A DNA stretch of 64,000 nt from Mobula hypostoma (GCF_963921235.1 NC_086097.1:19470001-19534000), one strand, 5' to 3'. Numbered from the stretch's first letter, positions 50,646 through 63,219 are shown. Program-made: numbers and translations. Notes: generated by a model from the letters alone, not told the origin.

Positions 50646-51529
50646 TAGTTATATTTGAAGAAGCTGTCAATGCTAAAATGATAGCTTTTTTATCATTGAA
50701 AGGAGGGTATCAATGATAAAATTCACCAGTGCCCTCAAAATGCCATCACTGTCCTGTCTGAATATTGACACACTCCTCAGAGTATCCGCACCAATTCACA
50801 AATTGTCAGACATGAGGAGGGGAATAAGTAGGAAATAGGGAAAATGGGAGACAATCCACAGAGTGATTACATCCATCACACTCTCCCACCCCCCCCCCCC
50901 AACCTTTCTGGACAATCAAAGCAAGGCATACTCATCATTTGCTTCCCCCATCTGCCTACCTCGATTAGTCACGGGAAGGATGTGGTAGCAATAGAGAGGA
51001 CGCAGAAGAAATTCACCAGGATGTAGCCTGGAACAGAGGGCTGTGGTCAGAGAAGATAGGCTGGGTTTATCCTCACTGGAACATAGGAGGCTAAACGGTA
51101 ACCTTATAGAGGTTTATAAAATTATGAGGGGCAGAGACAAGGTAGATAGTCACAGTCTTTTACCAATGATGGGTGGGGCTTCACAGTAGGGGGAGGGAGG
51201 TGCCCAGAACTACAGGGCACAGGATTGAGGTGAGACGGGGAGAAATTTAAAGAGAAATCTTCAAAAGCCAATGCCTCAAAAAGGCAGCATCCATCATTGA
51301 GGATCGCCATGCCCTCTTCTCATGGCTACCATCAGTAGAGAGGTACAGGAACCTGAAGAAAAGTACTCAACATTTTAGGAACAGCTTCTTCCCCTCCACC
51401 ATGAGATTCCTGCATGGTCTATGAATCCATGAACACTGCCTCACTATTCTGTTCTGTCTTTACACTATATTCTTATTTCTTGTGGGATTCCTATTGTAAC
51501 TTACACATTGCACTGTGTGCTTATCCGTC

Positions 51530-51990
51530 AAGTCCGACAATGACAGGAAAACTGTGTGGGAGAGCTTTTGAAGTGGAAAATGGGACAGTTCCACTCTTGT
51601 GACCTCAGAAGTCCAAGTCCACCTATACGAACAAGTGTCACAAACTGGGGTCTTGACCATGACGTCTTCTGTGCCTTGTCATGCAAGTTCGCTCTCCGTG
51701 GAGCGTGGCAGTATCACCTTCCTGGCCGATGGATCTCACCGTAGATCTCATCCGCCCAGTCCGCAGGAGCTGACTTCACGTGCTAGGACAGGCCTGTCTC
51801 TATCTCACCAGGGTGTGAGGCCGCCAGCTACCCTCACCTGATCTGGCGCCTCTGTTGAACTGGTGTGCCAGGGTGTGGCCCCTGTAGCATGCGGACAGCT
51901 ACTTGGAGCCACAAGTGAGAACCGAGTGCCCAGTGAGGACCAAGGGTGAGTGAGCCACCCCAGAATGGAAACGACCAGACCCTTTGCTCC
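51530..51990 (-). mobile_element. Second copy of the 17000-17440 repeat
   Basis: Shares the motifs listed for 17000-17440. Confidence 0.6.
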
Positions 51991-52319
51991 CTGGACATCC
52001 CACCGACTGCGAAACAATAAATTTCACATCGATGGTAAAAAACCTGACTCTGATTCTGGATCAGAGGGGTACGGCTGGTGAAAATCTGCAACGAGCTGCC
52101 AGAAGAGATGATGGAGGCAGATATAATTACAACATTTAAAAGGAGCTTGGCCACAGACATAGAGGTGTACAGAGGTATGGGCCTAATACTGGCAAATCAG
52201 AATAGTGCAGATAAACACCGTAGTGGGCAGACAGAGCTTGTTTACGTGCTGTACGATTCTAAGACACTAACAAAAATACAGCAAATCCCAAGTACTTAAG
52301 CAGGCATTACACTGCTGAC

Positions 52320-52865
52320 GGCGTACACGAGATATTCCCTCAGACCTTTTGAGAGGCTAGTGCAGAAACTGCAGCGGCCCTAGCAGAGGTGTTTAAAATG
52401 TCCTTAGCCACAAGTGAGATGAGAAAGGATTGGAAGATAAATCCAATCTGTTCTGTTGTTTAAGAAAGGCTCCAAGAATAAGCCATGAAACTATAGGCCT
52501 GTGAGCCTGATGTCAGTAGTGGGAAAGTTATTGCAAGGTATTCGGAAAAACTAAATATATAAGTACTTGGCTAGACAAGGACTATTTAGGGAAAGTTAAC
52601 AATGGCTTTGCGTGTGGGAGGTCATGTCTAACCAATCTTTTTCGAGGAGGTTACCAGGAAAGTTGATGAAGGAAAGCAGAGGATGTTTTCTACAAGGCCT
52701 TTGACAAGGTTTTGCATGGGAAGTTGGTCAAGAAGGTTCAGTCGCTTGGCATTCAGGATGAGGTAGTAAATTGCATTTGATGTGGGAGAAGCCAGAGAGT
52801 GGTAGTAGATGGTTGCAACTCTGACTGGAGGCCTGTGACTAGTGGTGTGCCGCAGGGACCAGAGC
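52320..52865 (+). mobile_element. Decayed CR1 RT fragment
   Basis: aactataggcctgtgagcctgatgtcagtagtgggaaag (NYRPVSL.SVVGK) and gtgactagtggtgtgccgcaggg (VTSGVPQG). Confidence 0.8.
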
Positions 52866-52879
52866 TGGAAAGATGGCAC

Positions 52880-55797
52880 CAATAAGGGATCACTCGTGTG
52901 CAGTTTCAGTGGGAATGATTAAATATTCCTATTCAGGACTACTACAACTGAAATCTAGCCACAGCCATATGTACTTCAGTAAGCAACACTGTTTTTTAAG
53001 ATGTTCCGAATGCAGTTCCCTTCAACAAAAAGGAGGTGAGGAAAGGGTGCGGGATGCAAGTAAGATTGAAATGCAGAGGCTTCAGACACTCACTCCCAAC
53101 TATCTTTCTGGTGAATAGAGAGTCTCTGGAAAATAAAATTGAAGACCCTCAGAGCAAGATTACAGTACCAGAGGGAATTTAGTGATTGCTGTGTACTTTG
53201 CTTCACGGAAACATGGCTATCGCCTGCCATTTCAGACACAGTGCTGCAGCCTGATGGCTTTACCATTCTCACCAAAGACTGCTCTGTCTTTTAAAGGAAG
53301 AGGAGATGGAGTATCCTTTATGATTAACCCAGCATGGTACACAGGCGTGATGGTTCTGCCTGAGTCCTGCTCACCCAACCTGGAACATCTGGTAGTCAAA
53401 TGTTGTCTTCCTTGTCTGCCAAGGCAGTATTCCACCATTATCCTGGTAGCCGTGTACATTCCACCTCAGGCCAACATCTGGCAGGACTGGAGGGGTTGAG
53501 CAATGACACAAAACGGAAGGCACCCTAATGCTTTCCCTATTTTTGTGGGGAAATTCAACCAGGCCAGCTTGAAGAAGTCTCTCAACAACTACCACCAACA
53601 TATCACCTGTAGAATCAGAGGAGCCAACACACTTGACCATTGTTATACCACCATCAAAAATGTTTACTATACCATCCCAGACCCACACTTTGGAAAGTCT
53701 GATCACCTGACTGAACTTCTACTCCCAGCATATAGGCAGAGACTAAAGGCCCCAATATCTTTGGTGAGGACCAAGCAGGTAGGGTCAAGGGAGGCATAGG
53801 AGCACTTTCATGACTGCTTTGGGTCAGTGGACTGGACAATATTCAGGGATTCATCTTCGAATCTGAATGAATATGCCACACTTGTCACCGATTTCATCAA
53901 AACCATGTGGATGAGTGCATGCCTTCAAGAACGTACCAGAGAAATCAAAAGCCATGTATTAACCAGGAGATTCATAGTCTCCTGAGGGCTAGATATGTGG
54001 CATTCAAAACCAATGATCCAGAACTATACATGAAGTCCAGGTACGACCTACAGTAGGCTATCTTAACAGCCAGAAAACAATTCGGAATGAGGTTGGAGAT
54101 GGAATCGGATGCACATCAGCTCCAGCATAGTTTGCTGGCCATTACTTCCTGCAAAGCAAACCCTAACATTATGAATGAGTGTGATGCTTCACTCCCGGAT
54201 GAGATCAACTCTTCCAAAGGGAGAATAAAGCTACACCTATTGGAATCCCTGCAGTATCCAGTGACCCCGTGATCTCTCTCTTGGAGGCTGATGTCAGGAC
54301 ATCTGTCAAGAGGGTGAACCCTCGTAAGGCATCAGGTGTACCTGGTAGGGCACTGAAAACCTGTGCCAACCAACTGGTGGCATTGTTCAAGAAAGAGTTT
54401 TCAATCCCTAACTGCTGCAGTCGGAGGCTCCCACCTGCTTCAAAAGGGCGACAATCGTACCAGTGCCCAAGAACAGCAGGGTGAGCTGCATCAATGACTC
54501 TCGCCCTCTGGCACTCAGATCTACTGTGATGAAGTGCTTTGAGAGGTTGGTCATGGCCAGATCAACTCCTGCCTAAGCAAGATCCTGGACCCATTCCAAT
54601 TCTCCTATCGCCACAAGAGGTCTACAGCGGATGCAGCCTCACTGGCTCTCCACTCGGCGTTGGATCACTTGCACTTACATCAGGTTGTTTTTTTATTGAC
54701 TACAGCTCAGCGTTCAACACAATCAGAACATTAGTCTAATCAACAAGCTCCAAAACCTGGGCTTCAGTACCCCCCCTCCGCAACTGGATCCTTGACTTCC
54801 TCACTGGAAGACCACGGTCAGTGTGCATTGGAAATAACATCTCTTCCTCGCCGACAATCAACACTGGCGCACCTCAAGGACGTGTGTATAACTCGCTGCT
54901 TTACGGCGTCTACACCCATTACTGGGTTGCTAGGCACAGCTCAAGTGCTATCCATATAAATTTGCCAACAACACAACTGTTGCTGGCAGAAGTTCAGGTG
55001 GTGACCAGGAGGCGTAGAGGAGCAAGATAAACCAGCTGGTTGAGTGGTGTCGCAGTAACAGCCTTGCACTTAATGTCAGTAAGACCAATGAAATGATTTT
55101 GGACTTCAGGAAGGGAAAGTCCAGGGAAAAGGGAAAGACACACTAGTCCTGACTGAAGGATCAGAAGTGGAAAGGGTGAACAGTTCAAGTTCCTGGGTAC
55201 TAACACCTCTGAGGATCTATCCTGGGCTGAACATATTGATGGAACTACAAAGAAGGCACAACAGCGGCTATATTTCATTTGGAGTTTGAGGAGAATTAAT
55301 ACTTCATGTCACCAAGGACACTTGCAAATTTCCATAGATGCATTCTAACTGGTTGCATCACTGTCTGGTGTGGAAGGGCCACTGCACAATATCGGAAAAA
55401 GCTGCATGAAATTGTCAACTTAGCCAGCTCCATCACGGGCACCCGCCTCCCCAGCATCGAGGACAGCTTCAACAGGGGATCTCTCAAAAAGGCAGCATGC
55501 ATCATCAAGGACCCAGGACATACCCTGTTCTCATTGCCGCCACCATGAAGGTGCTGGAGCCTGGAGACACACACTCAATGCTTCAGGGACACCTTCTTCT
55601 CCTCTGCCATCAGATTCCTGAATGGCAATGAACCCACAAACACAACCTCAGTCATTTTCCCCTTTCTTTTTGCACCACTTATTTATTTTATATATACTTC
55701 TTATTGTAATATATAGTCTTTATTATTATGTATTGCAATGTACTGCTGCCGCAAAACAACACATTTCACGACATATTAAACCTGATTCTCATTCGGA
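52880..55797 (+). mobile_element. Near full-length but decayed Rex1/Babar-like LINE (endonuclease plus RT)
   Basis: GRGDGVSFMIN, ILVAVYIPPQA, LDHCYT..FGKSDH (endonuclease); VNPRKASG, FIDYSSAFNTI, TGAPQG (RT); IIKDPGH; tail cctgattctc. Many stops and frameshifts. Confidence 0.9.
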
Positions 55798-55872
55798 TTT
55801 TGGGTTTGTTGCTTGTCATCTGGGAGAGTTCGCTGGGAATGTCCTGAGCCGCTGTGTGAATCGTGTGTGATT

Positions 55873-55890
55873 GCTGCCATCTAGTGGGCA
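55873..55890 (-). promoter_or_regulatory. Candidate CTCF-binding motif
   Basis: Reverse complement TGCCCACTAGATGGCAGC matches the CTCF core CCAC/GYAGR(G/T)GGCRS, in non-repeat sequence. Confidence 0.45.
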
Positions 55891-56044
55891 AGGTAGGTAG
55901 AGCAGCTTAATCGTCCTCAGATTCTGCTCCTCTCCAAGGGTTCCATAAAGAAAGATTGGCTTAATTTGTCACAAGTACATTGAAAATGAAATGCTTTATT
56001 TGCATCAGAATAGTTGCTGAGGGCATCTGCAAGTGTCACAAGTG

Positions 56045-56405
56045 TCGAAAGGACTAGATAGGATGGATGTGGAGAGGATGTTTCCTATGGTGGTGGTATC
56101 CAGAACTAGGGGACACGCCTCAAAATTGAGGGACGACTCTTTAGACAGAGGTAAGGAGGAATTTTTTTTAGCCAGAGAGTAGTAAATCTGCGGAATGCTC
56201 TGCCACAGACTGCGGTGGAGGCCAAGTCCGTGCATATATTTAAGGCAGAAGTTGATCGTTTCCTGATCAGTCAGGGCATCAAAGGATATGGTGAGAAGGC
56301 AGGTGTATGGGGGATTGAGTGGGATCTGGGTCAGCCATGATGGAATGGCAGAGCAGACTCGATGGGCTGAATGGCCTAATTCTGCTGCTATGTTTTATGG
56401 TCTTT
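56045..56405 (+). mobile_element. CR1 3' fragment
   Basis: ggactagataggatggatgtggagaggatgtttcc...gggctgaatggcctaattctgct. Confidence 0.8.
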
Positions 56406-56789
56406 ATAGTCACTGTGCTTCTACTGCCAATTTAGTACTCCTCACTAACCCGTATGTTTTTAGAATCCGGGAGGAAACCCATGAAGTCATGGAGTGAACA
56501 TACAAACTCCTTACAGGCAGTGGCAGGAATTGTGCCCCGATAGTGGATCGGTTTCAGTGCTGTGCTCCATGTCCAGACTGATTTAGTGTCATTGCTAAAG
56601 GACAGTGAGCAGTCACTACGGACAGAGGGAGGGAAATTACTGAAACTCATAGCGTGCCAAGGAAACAGGCATCAGCTTCATAAATCAGAGCACTGAGGAC
56701 GGGCATTGGGATGTTATGTCAGAATTGTACAAAATGCTGGTGTGGACATCTACTTCCCTTCAACCGTTCAGTTCCTGAACCAACCTGCA

Positions 56790-57390
56790 CAATCAGAATC
56801 AGAGTGAACATCACTGACATGTCATGAATTTGTGGTTTTGCAACAGTAGTAGAGGACAATAAAAATACCGTAAGTTACAATGAGAAATATATACGTAATT
56901 AAATACGTTGTGCAAGAACAGAGGGAAGAAAAATAGTGAGATAGTGTTCATGGGCTCGTTGTACATTTAGAAATCTGATGATAGAGGGGAAGAAGCTGTT
57001 ACTAAATCACTGAGGGTGTGCCTTCACATTTCTGTACCTCCTCCTCGACAGTAGCAATGAGAAGGGGGCATGTCCTGGGTGATGGGGGTCCTTAAATGAT
57101 GAAAGCTTCCTTTCTGAAGGACACCATTTGGAAGGTGTCCTCGGTGACTGGGGGTGGGGTTATCGCCCATGATGGAGCCGGCTGATTTTACAACTTACTG
57201 CAGCTTTTCCAATCCTGTACAGTGCCCCCACCCCTCCATACCAGACAGTGATGCACCCGGTTGGAATGCTCTGTATGGTATAGCTGTAGAAATTTGCTAG
57301 TCTTTGGTGATGTACCAAATCTCCACAAATCCCTAATGAAATGTAGACGCTGTATGTAACTGCATCAATATGTTAGGCCCAGGATAGATC
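56790..57390 (-). mobile_element. Rex1/L2-like LINE 3' fragment
   Basis: Same family as 30090-30615 (gggaagaagctgtt..gcatgtcctgggtgatgggggtcctt). Confidence 0.75.
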
Positions 57391-57769
57391 CCTAATCACT
57401 ACTTCAGTATAGTAACAGTCTGACCTCTTTGCACTACAAAGGACTTCCTTTTTATTCAAATGGTTTTCTTTCTTGTATAATTTTTTATCATTTTTTTTAT
57501 TTTTTGCTTTGCTTGTGAATGCTGTGTATCATCTGCTATGCATCTGTGAGCTGCTGCAAGTTAAGTTTTTTCATTTCACTTGTACATACATGTATATATT
57601 ACAATAAACTCCACTTTGACTTTGGCAGGTCCATTAACTCCTCTTTAATTGGTTTTCCCACTACCCTAATGCATGTTGGTCCAATCGAAAATTCCAAGAG
57701 AAGGATTGAATGATTTCTGTTGGCTAACCGAATCTAGTGATCCAGAATAAAGACCGAAGTTAAAGGTGC

Positions 57770-58535
57770 CATCATTAATCAGGGTATGAGTGCAGGTCTT
57801 GGGCCGTTATGTTGCAGTTGTGTAAGTCATTGGTGAGACAGTGTTTGGAGTACTGTGTACGGTTTTGGTCACACTGTTACAGGAAAGAAGTGGTTAAATT
57901 AGAAAGGGTGCAGAAGAGATTTACAAGGATGTTTCCAGGATCAGAGTTATAGGGAGAGATTGGCCAAGCCAGATCTGACGAAGGGTCTTGGCTTGAAACG
58001 TCGACTGTACTTCTTCCTAGAGATGCTGCCTAGCCTGCTGCGCTCACCAGCAACTTTGATGTATGTTGCCAGATCTTTATGTGCTGTGTTTTCCTCTTGG
58101 TCCCAGAGGAATGTTGTTTCATTTTGTTGTATACATGTGTACGGCTGAATGACAATAAACTTTAACTTGAATTTGAACTTTATTCCTTGGAATGTAGGAG
58201 AATGAGGGGGCGACCTTAAGGAAAAGTTTAAAATTATGAGGGGCATAGTTAAGGTGGAAGTAGCAGTCTTTTCCCCAGGGTGGGGGAATCCATAACAAGG
58301 GGGCATTGACTTACTTTTTCAAACAGAAGATGGTGAGGACATGGAATGAGAAGCCAGATGAAGTGGTTGAGATAGATACAACAATATCATTTAAGCACTT
58401 GAATATGTTCAGGGAGGGGCCTGAAGGGATGTATGCCATTTGCACAACATTGGGATAATCTATGTGGATGTGGTCAGCAGGACTAGTGGGGCCGAAGGGC
58501 CTGTGTCCATGCTACATTGTTCCATGACTCTAATT
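57770..58535 (+). mobile_element. Decayed CR1 3' part with nested insertions
   Basis: ttggagtactgtgtacggttttggtcac, agggtgcagaagagatttacaaggatg, gggccgaagggcctgt. Confidence 0.75.
57975..58067 (+). mobile_element. About 91-bp Penelope-like insertion starting at the hammerhead core, 9-bp TSD
   Basis: GCCAGATCT at 57968-57976 and 58068-58076; CTGACGA-agggtcttggctt-GAAAC-GTC-gactg. Confidence 0.8.
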
Positions 58536-59029
58536 GACTTGAACAGAACACACATGAGGGGATTAGTTGGGCCAAAGGATGTGTATCCATGCATATCGCT
58601 CCGTGGCTCTAATCGGCCTGATCAGAACATGTTTGAGGGGCCGAACAGTCTCTTCCTCTTCCTGGGTCACTAAGGTGAAGCACTTCACAGAAACACACCA
58701 CTTGCTTAATTCCTTTAACTGATGGACTTGTGCTGATTGCACACCGAGGATCATTCGCCCCTTTAAGAGGTTTTTCAATTACATTTTAATTCCCCCAAAT
58801 TATCTGAAGAAGCCTTTAGTCCTTCTGGGTGTGTGGATCACCTCCATTTCACACATTGTTAAATGGTTTGCAGATGAGAGTTAGCCAGCATAGGAATCTG
58901 TTACACTAACCTGCTGCAATTGAAACTATGTGTAATTACATTGTGTAACAGCTACTAGAACTGCTCAGGCAAATCAGTTCAACTGCAAGGAAGACAATTA
59001 TTGTAATTATGATGGAAACAGAAAAAGAC

Positions 59030-59235
59030 TACTGATGCCAGCATCTGGAGCAACAGCCAAACTGCTGGAGGAACGCAGCAGGTCAGGCAGCGTCTGTGGG
59101 AGGCAGGGGGATGGTTATCATCTCGGGTTGAGACCCTGCATCACGGTCTTGACCGAAAAAGAGGACCATCCCTCCTGCCTCCACAGATACAATCTGACCC
59201 GTTGAGTTCTTCCTGCAGTTTGGTTGTTGCTTCAT
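59030..59235. mobile_element. Older fold-back Penelope-like mini-element (different subfamily)
   Basis: gcaacagccaaactgctggaggaac..gaggcagggggatggt / accatccctcctgcctc..gcagtttggttgttgc. Confidence 0.75.
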
Positions 59236-59334
59236 TAGTTCAAAGTTTTAAGTGAATTTATCAAAATAGGTATTGTATATGTTCACAACACGCTGGAGGA
59301 ACTCAGCAGGTCGGGCAGCATCCGTGGAAAAGAT

Positions 59335-59372
59335 CGATCGACGTTTCGGGCTGGAACCCTTCGTCAGGACTG
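59335..59372 (-). ncRNA. Minimal type I hammerhead ribozyme motif (intact core)
   Basis: Reverse complement cagtc-CTGACGA-agggttccagccc-GAAAC-GTC-gatcg. Confidence 0.8.
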
Positions 59373-59887
59373 TAGAGGGAAGGGCCAGAGGCCCTATAAA
59401 GAAGGTGGGGGGAGGGTGGGAAGGAGAAGGCTGGTAGGTTCCAGGTGAAAAACCAGTAGGGGGAAAGATAAAGGGGTGGGGGAGGGGAAGCAGGGAGGGG
59501 ATAGGCAGGAAAGGTGAAGAAGGAATAGGGGAAAGCACAATGCGTAGTAGAAGGAAGCGGAACCATGAGGGAGGTAGTAAGCAGCTAGGGTAGTCTCCAG
59601 TCCCTTGGTATGAACATTGAATTCTCCAACTTCCAGTAATTCCCTCCCCCTATCCCAGTTTCACTCTGCCCCCTCCCCCAGCTGCCTATCACTTCCCTCA
59701 TGGTTCCACCTCTTACCCATTGTGCTTTCCCCTGTTCCTTCTTCACCTTTCCTGCCTACCCCCTCCCTGCTTCCCCTCCCCCACCCCTTGATCTCTCCCC
59801 TTACTGGTTTTTCACCTGGAACCTACCAGCCTTCTCCTTCCCTCCCTCCCCCCACCTTCTTTATAGGGCCTCTCCCCCCTCCCTCTT

Positions 59888-59925
59888 CAGTCCTGACGAA
59901 GGGTTCCAGCCCGAAACGTTGACCG
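59888..59925 (+). ncRNA. Minimal type I hammerhead ribozyme motif (intact core, GUU site)
   Basis: cagtc-CTGACGA-agggttccagccc-GAAAC-GTT-gaccg. Confidence 0.8.
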
Positions 59926-60264
59926 TTCGTTTCCACGGATGCTGCCCCACTTGCTGAGTTCCTCCAGCATGTTGTGAGTGTTGCTTTGACCCCAGCATCT
60001 GCAGAGTATTTTGTGTTTACTGTATATGTTACCATATACTACCCTGAGATTCATTTTCATGCAGGCATTCTCAGTCGAATCAAAGAAACTCAATGAAATC
60101 AGTGGAAAACTACACACAAAGACTGACAAAGAGCCAATGTGCAAGAGAAGACAGACTAACTCAATCAATCAATCAATCAATTGATAATATTGAGAATATG
60201 GATTGAAGCTGAGTCCATAGGTTGTGGATTCAATTCTGTTTTCAGTGTTCAGTTCAGTGTTAAT

Positions 60265-60800
60265 TATCAGAATCAGGCTTATTAATAATGACAAATCTGA
60301 AATTTGTTCTTTTGCAGCAGCAGTAGAGTGCAATACATTAAGAAAATGCTCTAAGTTACAAAAGTAAATAAATAAATAAATAAATAAATGGTGCGAAAGC
60401 AGAGTAAGATAGCGAGGAAGCATTAGTGGGTCGTGGACATTCAGAAACCTGTTGCTGCAGGGGAAGAAGCTGTTTTCAAGTGATGAATGTTGGTCTTCAG
60501 GCTCCCGAACCTCCTCTCTGATGGTAGTATTGCGAGGCGGGTGTGTATCGGATGGTGAGGGGCCTTCGTGCTGGATGCTGCCATTTTGAGGCAACACCCT
60601 TTGAAGATGTGGGGAGCATAGTGCCCATGGATCTGGCTGAGTTTACAACCCTCTGCAGCCTTTTCCGACGCTGTGCAGTGGCCTCTCCTCCCCCATACCA
60701 GAGGGTCTTGCATGCAGTTAGAATGCTCTGCATGGTAAATCTATAGAAATTTGCAAGTGTCTTTAGTAACATACCAAATCTCCTCAAATTATGACATTGA
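60265..60800 (-). mobile_element. Rex1/L2-like LINE 3' fragment
   Basis: LRRFGMLLKTLANFYRFTMQSILTAC..RLQRVVNSA. Confidence 0.8.
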
Positions 60801-61319
60801 ATGGAATACGAGATTCCTGGACGTAGTGGGGAGTGACCTTCCCCTCTGTGAGAGAAGGCCGAGATCACATCTCTCTGGTTCCCCACCTCCTTCTCTTTAT
60901 TCCACAGTCTTCTGTCCTCCCAGATTTCTTCTTGTTCATCCCCTTTACCTTTTGCATCAATTCCCTCCCAGCTTCTCACATCACCCCCCCTCTCCCACCC
61001 ACGCACTTTTCCCCTCAACTGATTCTCACCTATCACCTGCCCGCTTGTATTCCTTCCCCTCTCCCATCCTTCCTTTCCAGTCTTCCCCAGCTACCAGGCT
61101 GATCCTCATGCAGTTCACCGCATGTTGTGGGAAAATGGACTGTATGGGACGGATCGCAGTGGAGCGTGAGTCAGCGACCCCCTTTGATGAACCCACAGAC
61201 TGCAAACCACAACAGGCTGCGCCTCAAGAAGACAGCTTCCATCATTAAGGACCCTCACGGGTCAGGACGTTCCCTCTTCACATTGCTTCCCGTGAGAAGT
61301 TACACGCCCTTCTCATCAA

Positions 61320-61632
61320 TGGGTGGGACGGTTAGAGCACTCACCTTACAGCCCCTGCGATCACGGATGGGGGTTCAATTCCTGACACTGCCTGTAAGGA
61401 GTTTGTACGTTCTCCACGTAGCCACGTGGATTTCCTCCAGGTGCTCCAATTTCCTCCCACATTCCAGAAACATAAGCTTAGTGTCAGTGTGTTGTGGGCA
61501 AGTTATATTGGTGCCAGAAGCCTGACAACACTTGCCAGCTGCCTAGCATAATCTTTACTGATTTGATTTAATGCGAACAACGCAGTTCACTGTATGTTTC
61601 AATGTCCAAGTGACACATAGAGCTAATCTTAT
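61320..61632 (+). mobile_element. V-domain SINE
   Basis: gggttcaattcc B-box; gtttgtacgttctccacgt..tttcctccaggtgctccaatttcctcccacattcca. Confidence 0.75.
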
Positions 61633-62346
61633 TACTGTCTGGGAGGAAATAGCAATACTGAGAACCACTCTCAACATTATAGCTTCTTTCCCTATACTGT
61701 CAGATTTCTCAATGGTCCATGAACCCATCAACAATACCTCACTATCCTCTTTTACACTAGGTATTTATTTATTGTAACATTATCACTTTTTGTTTTCAAG
61801 TAGACTGCTGACACAAAACAAGAAAAATCACAATGTCAGTGATGATAAACCCGATTCTGATTCAAGAGATGGGGCTAAGGTACACTGGCAATAATAGAAA
61901 CATAAGGTGGTCCTGTGGTTCTCCAGTACCTGTGGAGAATTCATCACTTTGCCACCAAAGATGTTCTTCAATGTATAACGCAGGAATCAGGGTGGCTAGG
62001 AGGATTCAGCACTGTCTCCAAAGAGCAAGGCAACAACATCCAAATGGCCCAGTTTTTGTTGGACAAATTAGTGTTTTTACTGGTTCAATTGACTGCCAAT
62101 CAACAGAAACCGAACCAACAGCCAAACCTCTTCGACCAGCACAGTAGGTAACTAAGAAAGGTGGTGAATGGACTTCATTTTGGTTTTTGACAAGGTCGCA
62201 CATGGTAGACTGCTCCAGAAGGTGAAGGTACAAGCGACCTAAAGCATTCTGGCAAATTGGATCCAAAGTGGGCTTCATGATAGGAGTAGAGCATAGAAGT
62301 AGTCATGGTATTGGTACTGGTTTACAATTGTCACATGTTAATCATA

Positions 62347-62825
62347 AACACAAGAAAATATGCAGATGCTGAAAATCTAAAGTAACACACACAAAATGCT
62401 GCAGGAACTCAGCAGGTCAGGTAGTGTCCATGGAAATTATTCAGCTATAGAAAAGAATAATCAGTTGACATTTCAATCTGAGACCCTTCTTCAGAACTGG
62501 AAAGGAAGCGGGTAGATACCAGAGTAAAAAGTTTGGGGGGAAGGGGAGGAGGATAGCTGAAAGGTGGTAGGTGAAGTCAGGTGGGTAGGGAAGGTAAGGG
62601 GCTGGAGAGGAAGGAATCTGATAGGAAACGAGTGGACCATTGGAGAAAGGGAAGGAGGAGGGGATCCAGGAGGAGGTGATAGGCAGAAGAGAAGAGGTCA
62701 GAGTGGGGAAAAGGAGAAGAGGGGAGGAAGAGGATTTTTTTTTCTCTTTTTGCGGAAGGAGAAATTGATATCCACGCCATTAGGTTGGAGGCTACCCAGA
62801 TGGAATATAAGATTTTGCTTATATT
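62347..62825 (-). mobile_element. Penelope-like element 3' end with degenerate hammerhead (62462-62500)
   Basis: Reverse complement encodes QNLIFHLGSLQPNGVDINF; purine-rich UTR on the plus strand; cagttgacatttcaatctgagacccttcttcagaactg. Confidence 0.8.
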
Positions 62826-63219
62826 CTTTCCGGGTAGCATATTGTCTGCATATTGTCATAGGTACCAAGATGCAATAAAAACCCTGTCTTGTATACTGTT
62901 CATACCAACCAAATCATTACACAGTGCATCGAGGCAGAACAAGGTAAAACAATAACAATGCAGAATAAAGTATAACAGCTACAGAGAAAGTGCAGTAACC
63001 AATAAAGTTCAAGGAGAAATTGTGAGGTCAGGAGTCCATATTATCCTACATAGACCATTTAATAGTATTTTTAACAGTGGGGTAGAAGCTGCCCTTGACC
63101 CTGGTGGTATGTTCCTCCAGGCTTTTGTATCTTCTACACAATGGAAAAGAGAATGTCTGGGGTGGTGGGGTCTTTGATTATGTTGGCTGCTTTAATGAGA
63201 AAGCTAGACATATCAGAAC

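Larger units (their letters stand above)
59284..60020 (+). mobile_element. Penelope-like element 3' end with about 300-bp inverted 5' arm and 10-bp TSD
   Basis: TSD TGTATATGTT at 59274-59283 and 60021-60030; ORF end LGSLQSLGMNIEFSNFQ* at 59585-59639; 59284-59590 is the inverse of about 59678-59975. Confidence 0.92.

Noticed and set aside
59248..59957. Proline/serine-rich ORFs on both strands
   Set aside because: Translations of the polypyrimidine UTR of the inverted Penelope-like arms.
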